The position numbers and the translations under genes are program-made. A stretch of 64,000 nt of DNA from Desulfobulbaceae bacterium (GTDB lineage: Bacteria > Desulfobacterota > Desulfobulbia > Desulfobulbales > Desulfocapsaceae): positions 60,570-124,569 of the forward strand of contig JADQBJ010000022.1 of NCBI GenBank assembly GCA_016278675.1, read 5' to 3'. A model generated the notes under the pieces. It had not been told where the DNA came from and did not search any database. It saw nothing but the letters and a program-made list of their open reading frames with translations. Positions 10,578 to 19,307 of the stretch are shown here, piece after piece. Numbering within the stretch: position 1 is the stretch's first letter; the number at the start of each line of letters is the position of its first letter.

Positions 10578-11654
10578 TTAAAGAAGCTTTTCGTCGGTAT
10601 AGGCAATGTCGGCATCTTTGGCACTGTATGGTTTCAACTCACGCTGGTTCCGGATATCTTCGACAAAATGCTGATTCAATAACATTGATTTCGCCGAGAG
10701 AGCGAAGTCGGCATCCTGCAGGGCCAGTTCGGCTGTCCTGTGGTCATATATTTTTCCGCAAATGAGAAGTGGGAGTTCGGTGACCTGGCGGGTCAGCTGA
10801 CTCATGGTATAATCGGTCCCGAATTCATTCTTTTGAAAATCATAGGCGGAAACGGAGATGGCATCGATATCCTGGCGTGACAGCAGGGTTATCAGTTGCT
10901 GCCATTCAACCTGGTCCTCGAAGAGCGAGACTTCCGTATCGGCAATTCCCCAGTTGGAGATTCTAAAGAAAAGCAGAATATCATCCGGGATCACTGCTTT
11001 GACACTCTCTATAATTTCACAGGCGAAACGGAAACGATTTTCCAAAGAACCGCCATAGTAGTCATTCCGCTTATTGGAGTATGACGAAAGAAATTGGCTG
11101 ATGAGATAACCGTGGGCTCCATGAATTTCAATGCCGTCAAAACCGGCTTCAACTGCGCCTTTTGCCGATTCGACAAAACCGTTTATGACATGGTCGATGT
11201 CAAACTTGCTCATTTCATCGGGAAGAGGATATTTTCTGCCGGTCAGCGAGTTATCCTGGACTGGAGCAATTGAGGAGGGAGCGATAACCCGGTTTGCCGG
11301 ATTAACACCCTCATATGCTATCCTGCCGCAATGGAAAAGCTGCATGATGCCGACGGAGCCATGTTCCCGGATTTTTTCGGCAACGGATTTCCACACCTCG
11401 ATCTGGTTGCTGTTGGTGATCCGGCTTTGCCCCGGGTAGCCCTGAGCGCTTTCATAATCGGTGACCAGCGCCTCGGTATATACCAGTCCGGCACCATTCC
11501 TGGCGCGCCGCACTAGAAAATCGAGAACATCCTGGCGAGGAATCGACGTCTCGTCTGCCGAAGTGCGTGTCATCGGCGCAACACCAAGGCGATTTTTAAA
11601 AGTGAATCCTTTGATGGTGAAAGGGGAGAAGATTCCACTGTTGCCGCTTTCCAT
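10578..11654 (-). CDS. NADH:flavin oxidoreductase, Old Yellow Enzyme family
   Basis: OYE-like N-terminus FSPFTIKGFTFKNRLGVAPMTR, plus GFDGIEIHGAHGYLISQFLS. Start placed at the ATG at 11654, preceded by the SD AAGGAGAG. Confidence 0.85.
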   Translation of the reverse strand: MESGNSGIFSPFTIKGFTFKNRLGVAPMTRTSADETSIPRQDVLDFLVRRARNGAGLVYTEALVTDYESAQGYPGQSRITNSNQIEVWKSVAEKIREHGSVGIMQLFHCGRIAYEGVNPANRVIAPSSIAPVQDNSLTGRKYPLPDEMSKFDIDHVINGFVESAKGAVEAGFDGIEIHGAHGYLISQFLSSYSNKRNDYYGGSLENRFRFACEIIESVKAVIPDDILLFFRISNWGIADTEVSLFEDQVEWQQLITLLSRQDIDAISVSAYDFQKNEFGTDYTMSQLTRQVTELPLLICGKIYDHRTAELALQDADFALSAKSMLLNQHFVEDIRNQRELKPYSAKDADIAYTDEKLL

Positions 11655-11784
11655 GTGTACTCTCCTTGGCAAGGGGGTAACTTTGAGTCTCAGCAGCTCG
11701 GCCGGCAGGCCGCATCTATGTGGCGATGGTATAATAGGATAAGTGTAAGTATAATAGAGCTGTTTTACAAGGAAAGGGATTTCG

Positions 11785-12087
11785 CTAATACCCTTTATCA
11801 GCCATTTTTTCTTGATATTTTTGGTTCACCTTATAGACAAAGGCCAGAACCTCGGCAACCGTCTGGTAAAGCTCGACAGGGATTTCATCGCCTATCGGCA
11901 CCTTGGAGAGCAGCTCGACTAAAGCCGGGTCTTCCTGGATGTGGATTCCTGCCTCTCTCGCTGTTTCTATGATCTTGTCGGCAATGACCCCCTGTCCGCC
12001 CGCGACAATCTTCGGTGCTGCACCTTTGTCGTCGTCATAAAGAATTGCTACGGCTTTGGGGATATTTTTTCTCTCCATATCCATCAT
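11785..12087 (-). CDS. Stand-alone FlhB C-terminal-domain-like protein (EscU/YscU/HrcU switch family, YlqH-like)
   Basis: The 100-aa ORF aligns by eye to the post-NPTH part of the canonical FlhB in this window. Compare KAVAILYDDDKGAAPKIVAGGQG..IIETAREAGIHIQEDPALVELL..EIPVELYQTVAEVLAFVY with ISVAVRYDSGQMDAPVVLAKGAG..IRTIARDNNIPIIENPPVARLL..AIPEELFKAVAEILAHVY. Its ATG overlaps the upstream stop (ATGA). Confidence 0.8.
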   Translation of the reverse strand: MMDMERKNIPKAVAILYDDDKGAAPKIVAGGQGVIADKIIETAREAGIHIQEDPALVELLSKVPIGDEIPVELYQTVAEVLAFVYKVNQKYQEKMADKGY

Positions 12088-13121
12088 ACCTTGGTATTGA
12101 CTATCGACTCACCTTCCGGCACCAATCTTCTCAATAGATCTGCCGCCGGATCAACATGTTCCTGAGAAAAAGAAATTTTCAGAGTTTTCCTGTCGAGTAC
12201 TCCGGGCAGGAGATCGTCCGAGAATTGTTCTAAAAACTGCAGCTTGTCCTTAGAATCGCAAATAAATTTGATGTAGATATTTTGCTTGTTCTGCAGGAGA
12301 TCAATGCGTAGGTTACCCAGTCCTTCCAGGGCAAGATGCAGGGAAAAACGATTGTCGGTCTCGCCATCGTCGGTATCACTTTCCCTGTGGAAATCCTCGA
12401 CAAGAAGATAACCTTTTTCTAGAAAAGGCATAGGCAGTGGAAAAATAAAGATATTTTCTTTTTCCAACTGAAGCTGCGTCAGCTGATAGAGTTCGATGGT
12501 GCTTAAGAGCTTGTTGGTACTTTCTGCCAGGTGTCCGGCCCCCTTAAAAGCTTGTGCCAGTTCGAGCAGTGCGGATTTCAAGGTCAATTGTGCATTGTTT
12601 TTCTCCCCTCTGGCGAGCAACGCCTCAAAAGACAGGCCGAGTCTGTCAATAAAGCTCTTTAGAAGGCCGCCGCCGTCTTTGCCCAGCAAGCCCTCCTGAT
12701 TGAAATGTAAATAGGATTCAAGCGTTTGTCTGCTTAATGAGTTGAGGTTGCTCAAGGGAGAAGGTGAAATCTGGCGTAGCGATGCGAAAAGCGCTTTGAG
12801 GTCGATATTTTCCCCCAGCAGCGTTATCGATTTTCCGGTGAGGAGATTGGTGGAATCACCTAAAATCCTAAGCTCTACCTGCGGTGCCGTGGACATCACC
12901 TGGAGCTGGAGTGTCTGACCGACTGACAGCGGCATCTGGGCTTGTGCCGTCATTCTATTGCCCCCGATCTCCAGAATAAACGTGGACGAGCCCTTTGTCT
13001 CCACCACGACAGCCTTGAATGTCTGTCCCAGTTGAGGCTGACTGTGCTTTCCTCTGGATCCCGACTCGGAAGTGGAAGAACCGAGGGGAAGAATTCCTGA
13101 GAGTGGAGAAATAGAGTGCAT
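12084..13121 (-). CDS. FliK-like protein (hook-length-control C-terminal-like domain), second copy in window
   Basis: 345-aa ORF. The C-terminal third (FSLHLALEGLGNLRIDLLQNKQNIYIKFICDSKDKLQFLEQ...) resembles the FliK C-terminal fold pattern. It is translationally coupled to the FlhB-CTD-like gene. Confidence 0.6.
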   Translation of the reverse strand: MHSISPLSGILPLGSSTSESGSRGKHSQPQLGQTFKAVVVETKGSSTFILEIGGNRMTAQAQMPLSVGQTLQLQVMSTAPQVELRILGDSTNLLTGKSITLLGENIDLKALFASLRQISPSPLSNLNSLSRQTLESYLHFNQEGLLGKDGGGLLKSFIDRLGLSFEALLARGEKNNAQLTLKSALLELAQAFKGAGHLAESTNKLLSTIELYQLTQLQLEKENIFIFPLPMPFLEKGYLLVEDFHRESDTDDGETDNRFSLHLALEGLGNLRIDLLQNKQNIYIKFICDSKDKLQFLEQFSDDLLPGVLDRKTLKISFSQEHVDPAADLLRRLVPEGESIVNTKV

Positions 13122-13127
13122 ACTCTC

Positions 13128-13154
13128 TTATCGGCGGGATTGGTCGAAGTGTTA
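13128..13154 (-). promoter_or_regulatory. Sigma-28 (FliA)-type promoter: TAAC-N15-GCCGATAA
   Basis: The minus strand reads TAAC ACTTCGACCAATCCC GCCGATAA GAGAGT ATG. The -10 box is a perfect 8/8 match to the enteric consensus and ends 6 nt before the ATG of the FliK-like gene. Confidence 0.55.
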
Positions 13155-13178
13155 AAGAAAAAGGAAACCTGGTTGCCA

Positions 13179-13436
13179 CTGAAACTCAGCTGGCTTCTTG
13201 GTGCTACAGGGCTTGAAGATATACAAAAAACCTATATTTAGCGTCATTCCTGCCCCGGATCAGTGCCCTGATGACGGATCGGGACTATAGTGGCAGCAGA
13301 ACAATCATTAGGAGTAAGGAAAATAGGTTCATCAGCAAAAAACCTCGACTTCCTTTCGTCAGCACCAATCAACCGGATCATTGCAAAAGAAATTTGGAAG
13401 AGTAGGTTGGCGGTGAGCGCCGCGAACCCCAACAAT
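13179..13436. repeat. Mosaic intergenic repeat (diverged R4 fragments plus R2 hairpin)
   Basis: CTGAAACTCAGC..CTTCTTGG at 13181 parallels 2826. TCGGGACT...ATTAGGAGTAAGG at 13290-13318 parallels 2935-2968. R2 GGTTGGCGGTGAGCGCCGCGAACCCCAACAAT is at 13405-13436 (1 mismatch to 9666-9697). Confidence 0.65.
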
Positions 13437-13464
13437 TTAAACCTTCTTTTCAGCATCAAGGCAA

Positions 13465-14157
13465 CTACTCATCCCATGCACGCACATTATCGCGCAGCTG
13501 TTGGCGCTGAACACCAAGCAAATAGGTGATAACTGAATCGCGATGTTTAGTGGAGATAGTGTCGAAATGGAAGGAAACCTGCCAGCGGCCATTGCGAAGG
13601 TGTTTTTTGTGTACGATATGGCTTACAGCGTTAATGGTCACGTTTTGGTGAGGAAGAAAGATCTCGACAATGATGTGATTTTGATTTTTCGGTTCGTCAA
13701 CGAAGAGCGCCAGCACTCCGGATCCCGATATGTCCTGGGTCTGTCCGCTGATAGTCCAGTCAGCGGAGGAACTATGCTGGGAATTTGTTCTGTAGGAGGC
13801 AACGATTTTGGTACTGGTATTGATCCGGAAATATTCTCTGAGACTTGCCGGGTCAAGGGTTCCATTAGCCTTTAAACGCAAGGTATCGTTTTGTCGCTCA
13901 ATAATGGATGTGTTTAGAGAAAGGGAAGAGGATTTTTGGGCTATGGAAACAAGATGCTCCGCTTTCAAATCAATACCATCCGGTAGGGTATCAGGTGGAA
14001 AAACCAGGAAGAAATTCGGTGCTTCGTCCTCCTTGAAGGTGCATTCATACTGATGCTGATTACCGCCCCTGACGGTCAGTTTTATCATAGCCGGCTGGCT
14101 ACCCTCGACCCCATTGATTATGTTGGCTATAGTTGAAGAGTCCACGATTTTCAGCAC
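13465..14157 (-). CDS. YcgR-like PilZ-domain protein (c-di-GMP receptor / flagellar brake family)
   Basis: 230-aa ORF with PilZ motifs RxxxR (REYFR) and DxSxxG (DISGSG) in the C-terminal half. The N-terminal half is of PilZN-like size. The start is a GTG with a weak SD, so the 5' end is uncertain. Confidence 0.75.
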   Translation of the reverse strand: MLKIVDSSTIANIINGVEGSQPAMIKLTVRGGNQHQYECTFKEDEAPNFFLVFPPDTLPDGIDLKAEHLVSIAQKSSSLSLNTSIIERQNDTLRLKANGTLDPASLREYFRINTSTKIVASYRTNSQHSSSADWTISGQTQDISGSGVLALFVDEPKNQNHIIVEIFLPHQNVTINAVSHIVHKKHLRNGRWQVSFHFDTISTKHRDSVITYLLGVQRQQLRDNVRAWDE

Positions 14158-14260
14158 CTTAAAAGAGGGTATAAGTGCCTTGGAGATAGAGAGCAGTTCA
14201 TAGTTGTCAAATTAATTTATTCGTTTTCCTTTTTAACGCCGGCCTTTTAGATGTAAGTCA

Positions 14261-14953
14261 CTAAAGATCTTTAACGTTAACCTTGAGACGAAGTAGCTTT
14301 CTTTGAATTTCCAGGCAGCAGCCGATTATTTTATCCCTGTCTTCCGTGGTTATTTCTTCAAAGTGGTAGGCCACGTCATATTGTTTGTCGGCTGTCTTCA
14401 CCGTCCTGATGTGACGTGCCAGGGCGGTAACAACTAGGGGTTCGTCGGTCGGAAGAGTAATTTCCAGAAGAATAGTTTGGTTTTCCGGAGGTTTTTCGGG
14501 AAAACTCGCCAGGATGCCGCTTCCACTGATGTCTATTGTTGCTCCTTTTAAGACCCAGCTCTTGCCGTCGTTTGCTTTTGCTTGAGAGAGAAACGCCCGC
14601 CCGATAACGCTGGTGACGGCGTCAACCCGGAAGAATTCCCTCATCTGCTCATGACTCATCGATTTGACTGCTGTCATTACAAGCTGCCGGGAGTCGACGA
14701 TTTTGGTAATATTGGCTTCAAGGGATACCGAAGGCCCCCCCATGTCAATATTCACAATACATGGTTTGGAGGTATCTATATTATCCACCGGCAGTAACCC
14801 GTGTCTGAAGAAGAGACTGAAAACGGATGCGGATGACTTCTGGTAAACCCCCTGCACCCGGTATCTCTCTCTAATGTTTATTAGAGGAAGAAACACCCGC
14901 ACAGGCTTTGAATCCGGAATATCCTGGAGGATACTACTTTTGTTGGTGGTCAT
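14261..14953 (-). CDS. YcgR-like PilZ-domain protein, tandem paralog
   Basis: 230-aa ORF with REFFR and DISGSG motifs in the same positions as its neighbour, and the same length and architecture. Confidence 0.75.
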   Translation of the reverse strand: MTTNKSSILQDIPDSKPVRVFLPLINIRERYRVQGVYQKSSASVFSLFFRHGLLPVDNIDTSKPCIVNIDMGGPSVSLEANITKIVDSRQLVMTAVKSMSHEQMREFFRVDAVTSVIGRAFLSQAKANDGKSWVLKGATIDISGSGILASFPEKPPENQTILLEITLPTDEPLVVTALARHIRTVKTADKQYDVAYHFEEITTEDRDKIIGCCLEIQRKLLRLKVNVKDL

Positions 14954-15067
14954 AGTATAAACTGCTATTTAAAAAGCTTTTTAGATAAAATTATCTCCTT
15001 CCACCCGACCACCATACATTAGCATTGAGAATAATACAATTCAAGTTAGTTAAGTAATATTTCATTC

Positions 15068-15094
15068 TAAGGATTTTGAAATATAAACCGATAA
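15068..15094 (+). promoter_or_regulatory. Sigma-28-type promoter candidate upstream of the pse operon: TAAG-N15-ACCGATAA
   Basis: TAAG GATTTTGAAATATAA ACCGATAA. The -35 variant and spacing match the fliC promoter candidate at 24411-24437. It lies about 220 nt upstream of pseB in an AT-rich divergent spacer. Confidence 0.45.
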
Positions 15095-15316
15095 TAAATA
15101 AGAAAACATTTTTTAATAACCGGAATCGTTTGTCATTCATAACTCAATCGGCATTTTGTGATTGCAATATCTTCTTCCAAGCGAAGGAGTTATTGATTGA
15201 AGATGATCTTATCCATAAAGTTTTTTTATGGTAATATGCGACCGATGCTCAAATATAGAAGCAATAGGAATCATAAAAAAAATTATTTACAGTAATAAGC
15301 AGAGGCAAAAAAAATA

Positions 15317-16327
15317 ATGCTTTCAAATCAATCTATTCTTGTAACTGGTGGAACAGGATCTTTCGGAAAAGCTTTTGTGCAAACCATACTGAAAAAATAT
15401 CCTCTCATCAAAAGAATTGTAATTTTTTCACGAGACGAATTGAAGCAGTATGAAATGCAGCAAATGTTTTCTGAATCAGAAAACCAGCGCCTTCGGTATT
15501 TTATCGGCGATGTAAGAGATAAATCAAGACTATACAGAGCCCTTGAAGGGATAGATGTCGTTATTCACGCGGCAGCTCTCAAGCAGGTTCCCGCAGCTGA
15601 ATATAATCCCTTTGAATGTATAAAAACGAACATTCTCGGCGCTCAGAATCTGATCGAAGCATGTCTTGATACCGATGTTAGGAGCGTTGTTGCATTGTCT
15701 ACAGATAAGGCAGCCGCACCTATCAATCTCTATGGTGCGACGAAATTATGCTCGGATAAACTTTTTGTTGCAGCTAATAATATCAAGGGAAAAAGAGATA
15801 TCCGTTTCAGCGTCGTTAGATACGGAAATGTGATGGGCAGCCGTGGATCGGTTGTTCCTTTTTTCCTCAAAAAGCGCCAAAGTGGAACATTGCCGATCAC
15901 AGACGCCAACATGACACGCTTCAATATAAGCCTGGATGAAGGGGTTGAAATGGTACTTTGGGCCATTGCCAATGGATGGGGGGGCGAAATATTTGTTCCT
16001 AAAATACCTTCGTACCGTGTAACCGATCTGGCTCAGGCAATTGGTCCTGAGTGTGAACATCCCATAGTGGGAGTTCGCCCGGGTGAAAAAATCCATGAAG
16101 AGATGATCACGGCCAGTGACAGTTTTAATACCGTTGACTTGGGGAAATATTATGCCATACTTCCTATAGGCGCCAAATTCTCAAATGGGGAATATTGTGA
16201 AAGAATGGGAGCAACTCAGGTGAAGCAGGGGTTTGCTTATAATAGTGGTGATAATCCCGAGTTTTTAACGGTGGAACAATTGGTAAAGCTGGTTCAGGAT
16301 GAAATCGAACCTGACCTCAGGCGGTAA
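15317..16327 (+). CDS. pseB: UDP-N-acetylglucosamine 4,6-dehydratase (inverting), PseB
   Basis: SDR with TGGTGSFG and YxxxK context, of FlaA1/PseB-like length (336 aa). First gene of a pseBCFGHI block. Confidence 0.88.
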   Translation: MLSNQSILVTGGTGSFGKAFVQTILKKYPLIKRIVIFSRDELKQYEMQQMFSESENQRLRYFIGDVRDKSRLYRALEGIDVVIHAAALKQVPAAEYNPFECIKTNILGAQNLIEACLDTDVRSVVALSTDKAAAPINLYGATKLCSDKLFVAANNIKGKRDIRFSVVRYGNVMGSRGSVVPFFLKKRQSGTLPITDANMTRFNISLDEGVEMVLWAIANGWGGEIFVPKIPSYRVTDLAQAIGPECEHPIVGVRPGEKIHEEMITASDSFNTVDLGKYYAILPIGAKFSNGEYCERMGATQVKQGFAYNSGDNPEFLTVEQLVKLVQDEIEPDLRR

Positions 16328-16329
16328 TA

Positions 16330-17493
16330 ATGGAAATTCCATACGGCAGACACAATATAACCGAAGATGACATACAAACGGTCGTCGATGTTTTGCGGTC
16401 AGATTTTCTGACGCAGGGTCCAGCCGTTCCCATTTTTGAAAAAAAGATAGCAGATTATTGTGGTGCCATTCAAGGCGTAGCTGTTAACAGTGCCACCAGT
16501 GCTCTTCATCTTGCTTGTTTAGCTCTTGGAGTTGGTTCAGGTGACATTGTCTGGACAACTCCGGTTACCTTTGTGGCCAGTGCCAACTGTGCCCTTTATT
16601 GCGAGGCTACCATAGATTTTGTGGATATCGATCCTTGCACATATAACCTCAGCCCGGAAAAATTGGCTGAGAAGCTGGAAGCAGCTGAAAAATCGAACTC
16701 TTTGCCAAAAGTCGTCATCCCGGTTCATTTGTCAGGGCAACCATGCGATATGATGAGCATCTATAATTTAAGTAAAAAATATGGATTCAAAATAATCGAG
16801 GATGCATCCCATGCAATAGGAGGTAGATATAAGGGAGAATCAATAGGTAACTGCCGATATAGCGATATAACAATCTTCAGTTTTCATCCGGTAAAAATCA
16901 TAACCACAGCCGAGGGTGGGATGGCCCTTACAAATGATAATATAGCTGCTGAAAAAATGACCTTGCTGCGCAGCCATGGTATCACGCGGAATCCAGAGCG
17001 TATGACTCGCGAGTCTGACGGTCCATGGTACTATCAACAGTTGGAGCTTGGCTTTAATTACCGTATGACTGATATGCAGGCGGCACTGGGAATAAGCCAG
17101 ATGAATCGCCTCGATGCCTTCGTCACCCGCCGACATATATTGGCAGAGCGATATACTGCTATGCTCGACGATCTGCCTGTTACCGTGCCAAATCATTCTA
17201 CTGGGAATTACTCGGGAATGCATCTCTATATAATCCGGCTTCAACTGGATAAAATACAATCCAGCCATCGCCAGATTTTTGAATCACTGCGTAAACAGGG
17301 GATTGGCGTGAATCTTCATTATATTCCGGTGCACCTTCAACCCTACTTCGAGAAAATGGGGTTTTACCTTGGACAATTTCCGGAAGCGGAAAAATATTAT
17401 GAGGAGGCGATCAGTCTGCCTATGTATCCGACCCTGAGCGAAGATCAACAGGATAGAGTAGTTTCAGCACTAAAAGAGGCTTTGGAGTCATGA
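16330..17493 (+). CDS. pseC: UDP-4-amino-4,6-dideoxy-N-acetyl-beta-L-altrosamine transaminase, PseC
   Basis: DegT/DnrJ/EryC1-type aminotransferase (387 aa, SFHPVKIITTAEGG lysine motif). Position is second in the pse operon. Confidence 0.85.
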   Translation: MEIPYGRHNITEDDIQTVVDVLRSDFLTQGPAVPIFEKKIADYCGAIQGVAVNSATSALHLACLALGVGSGDIVWTTPVTFVASANCALYCEATIDFVDIDPCTYNLSPEKLAEKLEAAEKSNSLPKVVIPVHLSGQPCDMMSIYNLSKKYGFKIIEDASHAIGGRYKGESIGNCRYSDITIFSFHPVKIITTAEGGMALTNDNIAAEKMTLLRSHGITRNPERMTRESDGPWYYQQLELGFNYRMTDMQAALGISQMNRLDAFVTRRHILAERYTAMLDDLPVTVPNHSTGNYSGMHLYIIRLQLDKIQSSHRQIFESLRKQGIGVNLHYIPVHLQPYFEKMGFYLGQFPEAEKYYEEAISLPMYPTLSEDQQDRVVSALKEALES

Positions 17494-18188
17494 ATCTGGC
17501 TGTAATCCCGGCACGCGGAGGCAGTAAAAGAATACCTCGCAAGAATATCAAGCTGTTTTGCGGTAAACCGATTATAGCCTGGTCGATAGAAGCTGCGAAG
17601 AAAAGCGGGTGCTTTGATGATATTATAGTATCGACTGATGACAAGGAGATTGCGGATATTGCTAAATCTTACGGTGCAAACGTCCCATTTCTTCGGCCAT
17701 CCAGCTTGGCTGATGACTACACTGGTACTATTCCGGTAATAAAACATGCGATTGAGTGGTTCGTTGAGCATTGTTCAACACCATCAAAGGTATGTTGTAT
17801 ATATGCAACTGCACCTTTTTTAAGGGAGGCCGATTTGAAAGAGGGATACACAAAGATCAGGAATTGCAAAGCAGATTATGCTTTTGCTGTTACCAAATAT
17901 CCATTTCCGATTCAAAGAGCCATAAAGTTAGATATAGAGGGTCATACAGAAATGTTTCAACCTGAGAATTTTAATGTACGTTCTCAGGATTTAATTCCGG
18001 CATATCATGACGCTGCTCAGTTTTATTGGGGAGACACTTCTGCCTGGCTGGATGAAAAATCGCTTTTCTCTGCACTTTCTCTTCCCATAATTATACCGCA
18101 TTATAGAGCACAGGATATCGATACATTAGATGACTGGCACAGAGCCGAATTAATGTTTTCGGCACTGCAGCGTTCCATCATTGGTTAA
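17490..18188 (+). CDS. pseF: Pseudaminic acid cytidylyltransferase, PseF
   Basis: CMP-sugar cytidylyltransferase N-terminus AVIPARGGSKRIPRKNI, 232 aa, overlaps the pseC stop. Confidence 0.85.
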   Translation: MNLAVIPARGGSKRIPRKNIKLFCGKPIIAWSIEAAKKSGCFDDIIVSTDDKEIADIAKSYGANVPFLRPSSLADDYTGTIPVIKHAIEWFVEHCSTPSKVCCIYATAPFLREADLKEGYTKIRNCKADYAFAVTKYPFPIQRAIKLDIEGHTEMFQPENFNVRSQDLIPAYHDAAQFYWGDTSAWLDEKSLFSALSLPIIIPHYRAQDIDTLDDWHRAELMFSALQRSIIG

Positions 18189-18193
18189 AGAAA

Positions 18194-19300
18194 ATGTATG
18201 TCGTTTTTCGTGTTGATGCCTCTCTCTGGATTGGCAGCGGGCATGTTATGCGATGCCTAACCTTAGCTGATCTATTTTCTGACAGCGGAGCTTCATGCTA
18301 TTTCATATGTCGGGAACTGCCAGGCCATATGATATCCCATATCGAGAAAAAAGGTCATTGTGTTTTGTCGCTGCCGGAACCGAATATTGATTTGGGGGCT
18401 TCGATAACTGATAAAAAAGTCAGGTATTCTTCCTGGCTGGGTGTAGATACTGCAGAGGATGCCCGGCAAACACTTGCTGCCGTGGAATCAATAAGAAGAG
18501 GTAAAGAAATAAATTTACTCATCTTAGATCATTATTCTTTAGATGAAACATGGGAAGGACTGGTAGGGAATAATTTTAGGAAGGTGATGGTAATAGATGA
18601 TCTGGCTAACCGAAAGCACAAGTGTGATTTTCTGCTCGATCAAACTTTTGGAAGGAATGAAAGTGATTATTATCAGTATGTTAGAAATGATTGTTCGTTG
18701 CTGATTGGACCCAAATATGCCATACTTCGTTCCGAGTTTTATTTTATACGTGAATATAGCCTTAACCGTCGTAGAACTCCTAATCTGGAACATATTCTCA
18801 TCACAATGGGTGGAGTAGACAAAGACAATGCTACAGGGAAGGTATTAGAAAGTTTACATGATTTTCCAATATTGCCAAATTGTCATATTACCGTTGTAAT
18901 GGGAGGTAATGCACCATGGCTGAATACTGTAAAAGAATTAGCCCAAAAGGCACACTATCCGGTAGAGGTTAAAACTGATGTCGACTACATCGCAAAGCTG
19001 ATGGCCGAGTGTGATCTATGTATAGGGGCGACAGGGAGCACTTCATGGGAAAGGTGTTGTTTAGGAGTACCCACTATCTCAATTGAACTTGCGGAAAACC
19101 AGAAGTTTGCCTCGCGCTCTCTCGAGAAGGCACGAGCGATAATCAGGCTTAAAGAAATTAACTCGATAACCTCTCGTCTGCCCAAGATTATAAGGGAATT
19201 GAAAGCAAAACCTGAAAAACTTGCTGAGTTGAGCAAAAGGTCCAGGAATATAGTGGATGGAAGAGGCGGTTCTCGCGTTATCTCTGAAATTTTAAAATAG
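18194..19300 (+). CDS. pseG: UDP-2,4-diacetamido-2,4,6-trideoxy-beta-L-altropyranose hydrolase, PseG
   Basis: N-terminus FRVDASLWIGSGHVMRCLTLA is typical of PseG. GT-B-like length of 368 aa. Confidence 0.82.
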   Translation: MYVVFRVDASLWIGSGHVMRCLTLADLFSDSGASCYFICRELPGHMISHIEKKGHCVLSLPEPNIDLGASITDKKVRYSSWLGVDTAEDARQTLAAVESIRRGKEINLLILDHYSLDETWEGLVGNNFRKVMVIDDLANRKHKCDFLLDQTFGRNESDYYQYVRNDCSLLIGPKYAILRSEFYFIREYSLNRRRTPNLEHILITMGGVDKDNATGKVLESLHDFPILPNCHITVVMGGNAPWLNTVKELAQKAHYPVEVKTDVDYIAKLMAECDLCIGATGSTSWERCCLGVPTISIELAENQKFASRSLEKARAIIRLKEINSITSRLPKIIRELKAKPEKLAELSKRSRNIVDGRGGSRVISEILK

Positions 19301-19307
19301 CAAATGG

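Noticed and set aside
13244-13459. 71-aa ORF (-) and 79-aa ORF (+, 13290-13529) upstream of the FliK-like gene.
   Set aside because: They lie within mosaic repeat sequence (R2 and R4 fragments), overlap each other on opposite strands, and have no SD or family similarity.
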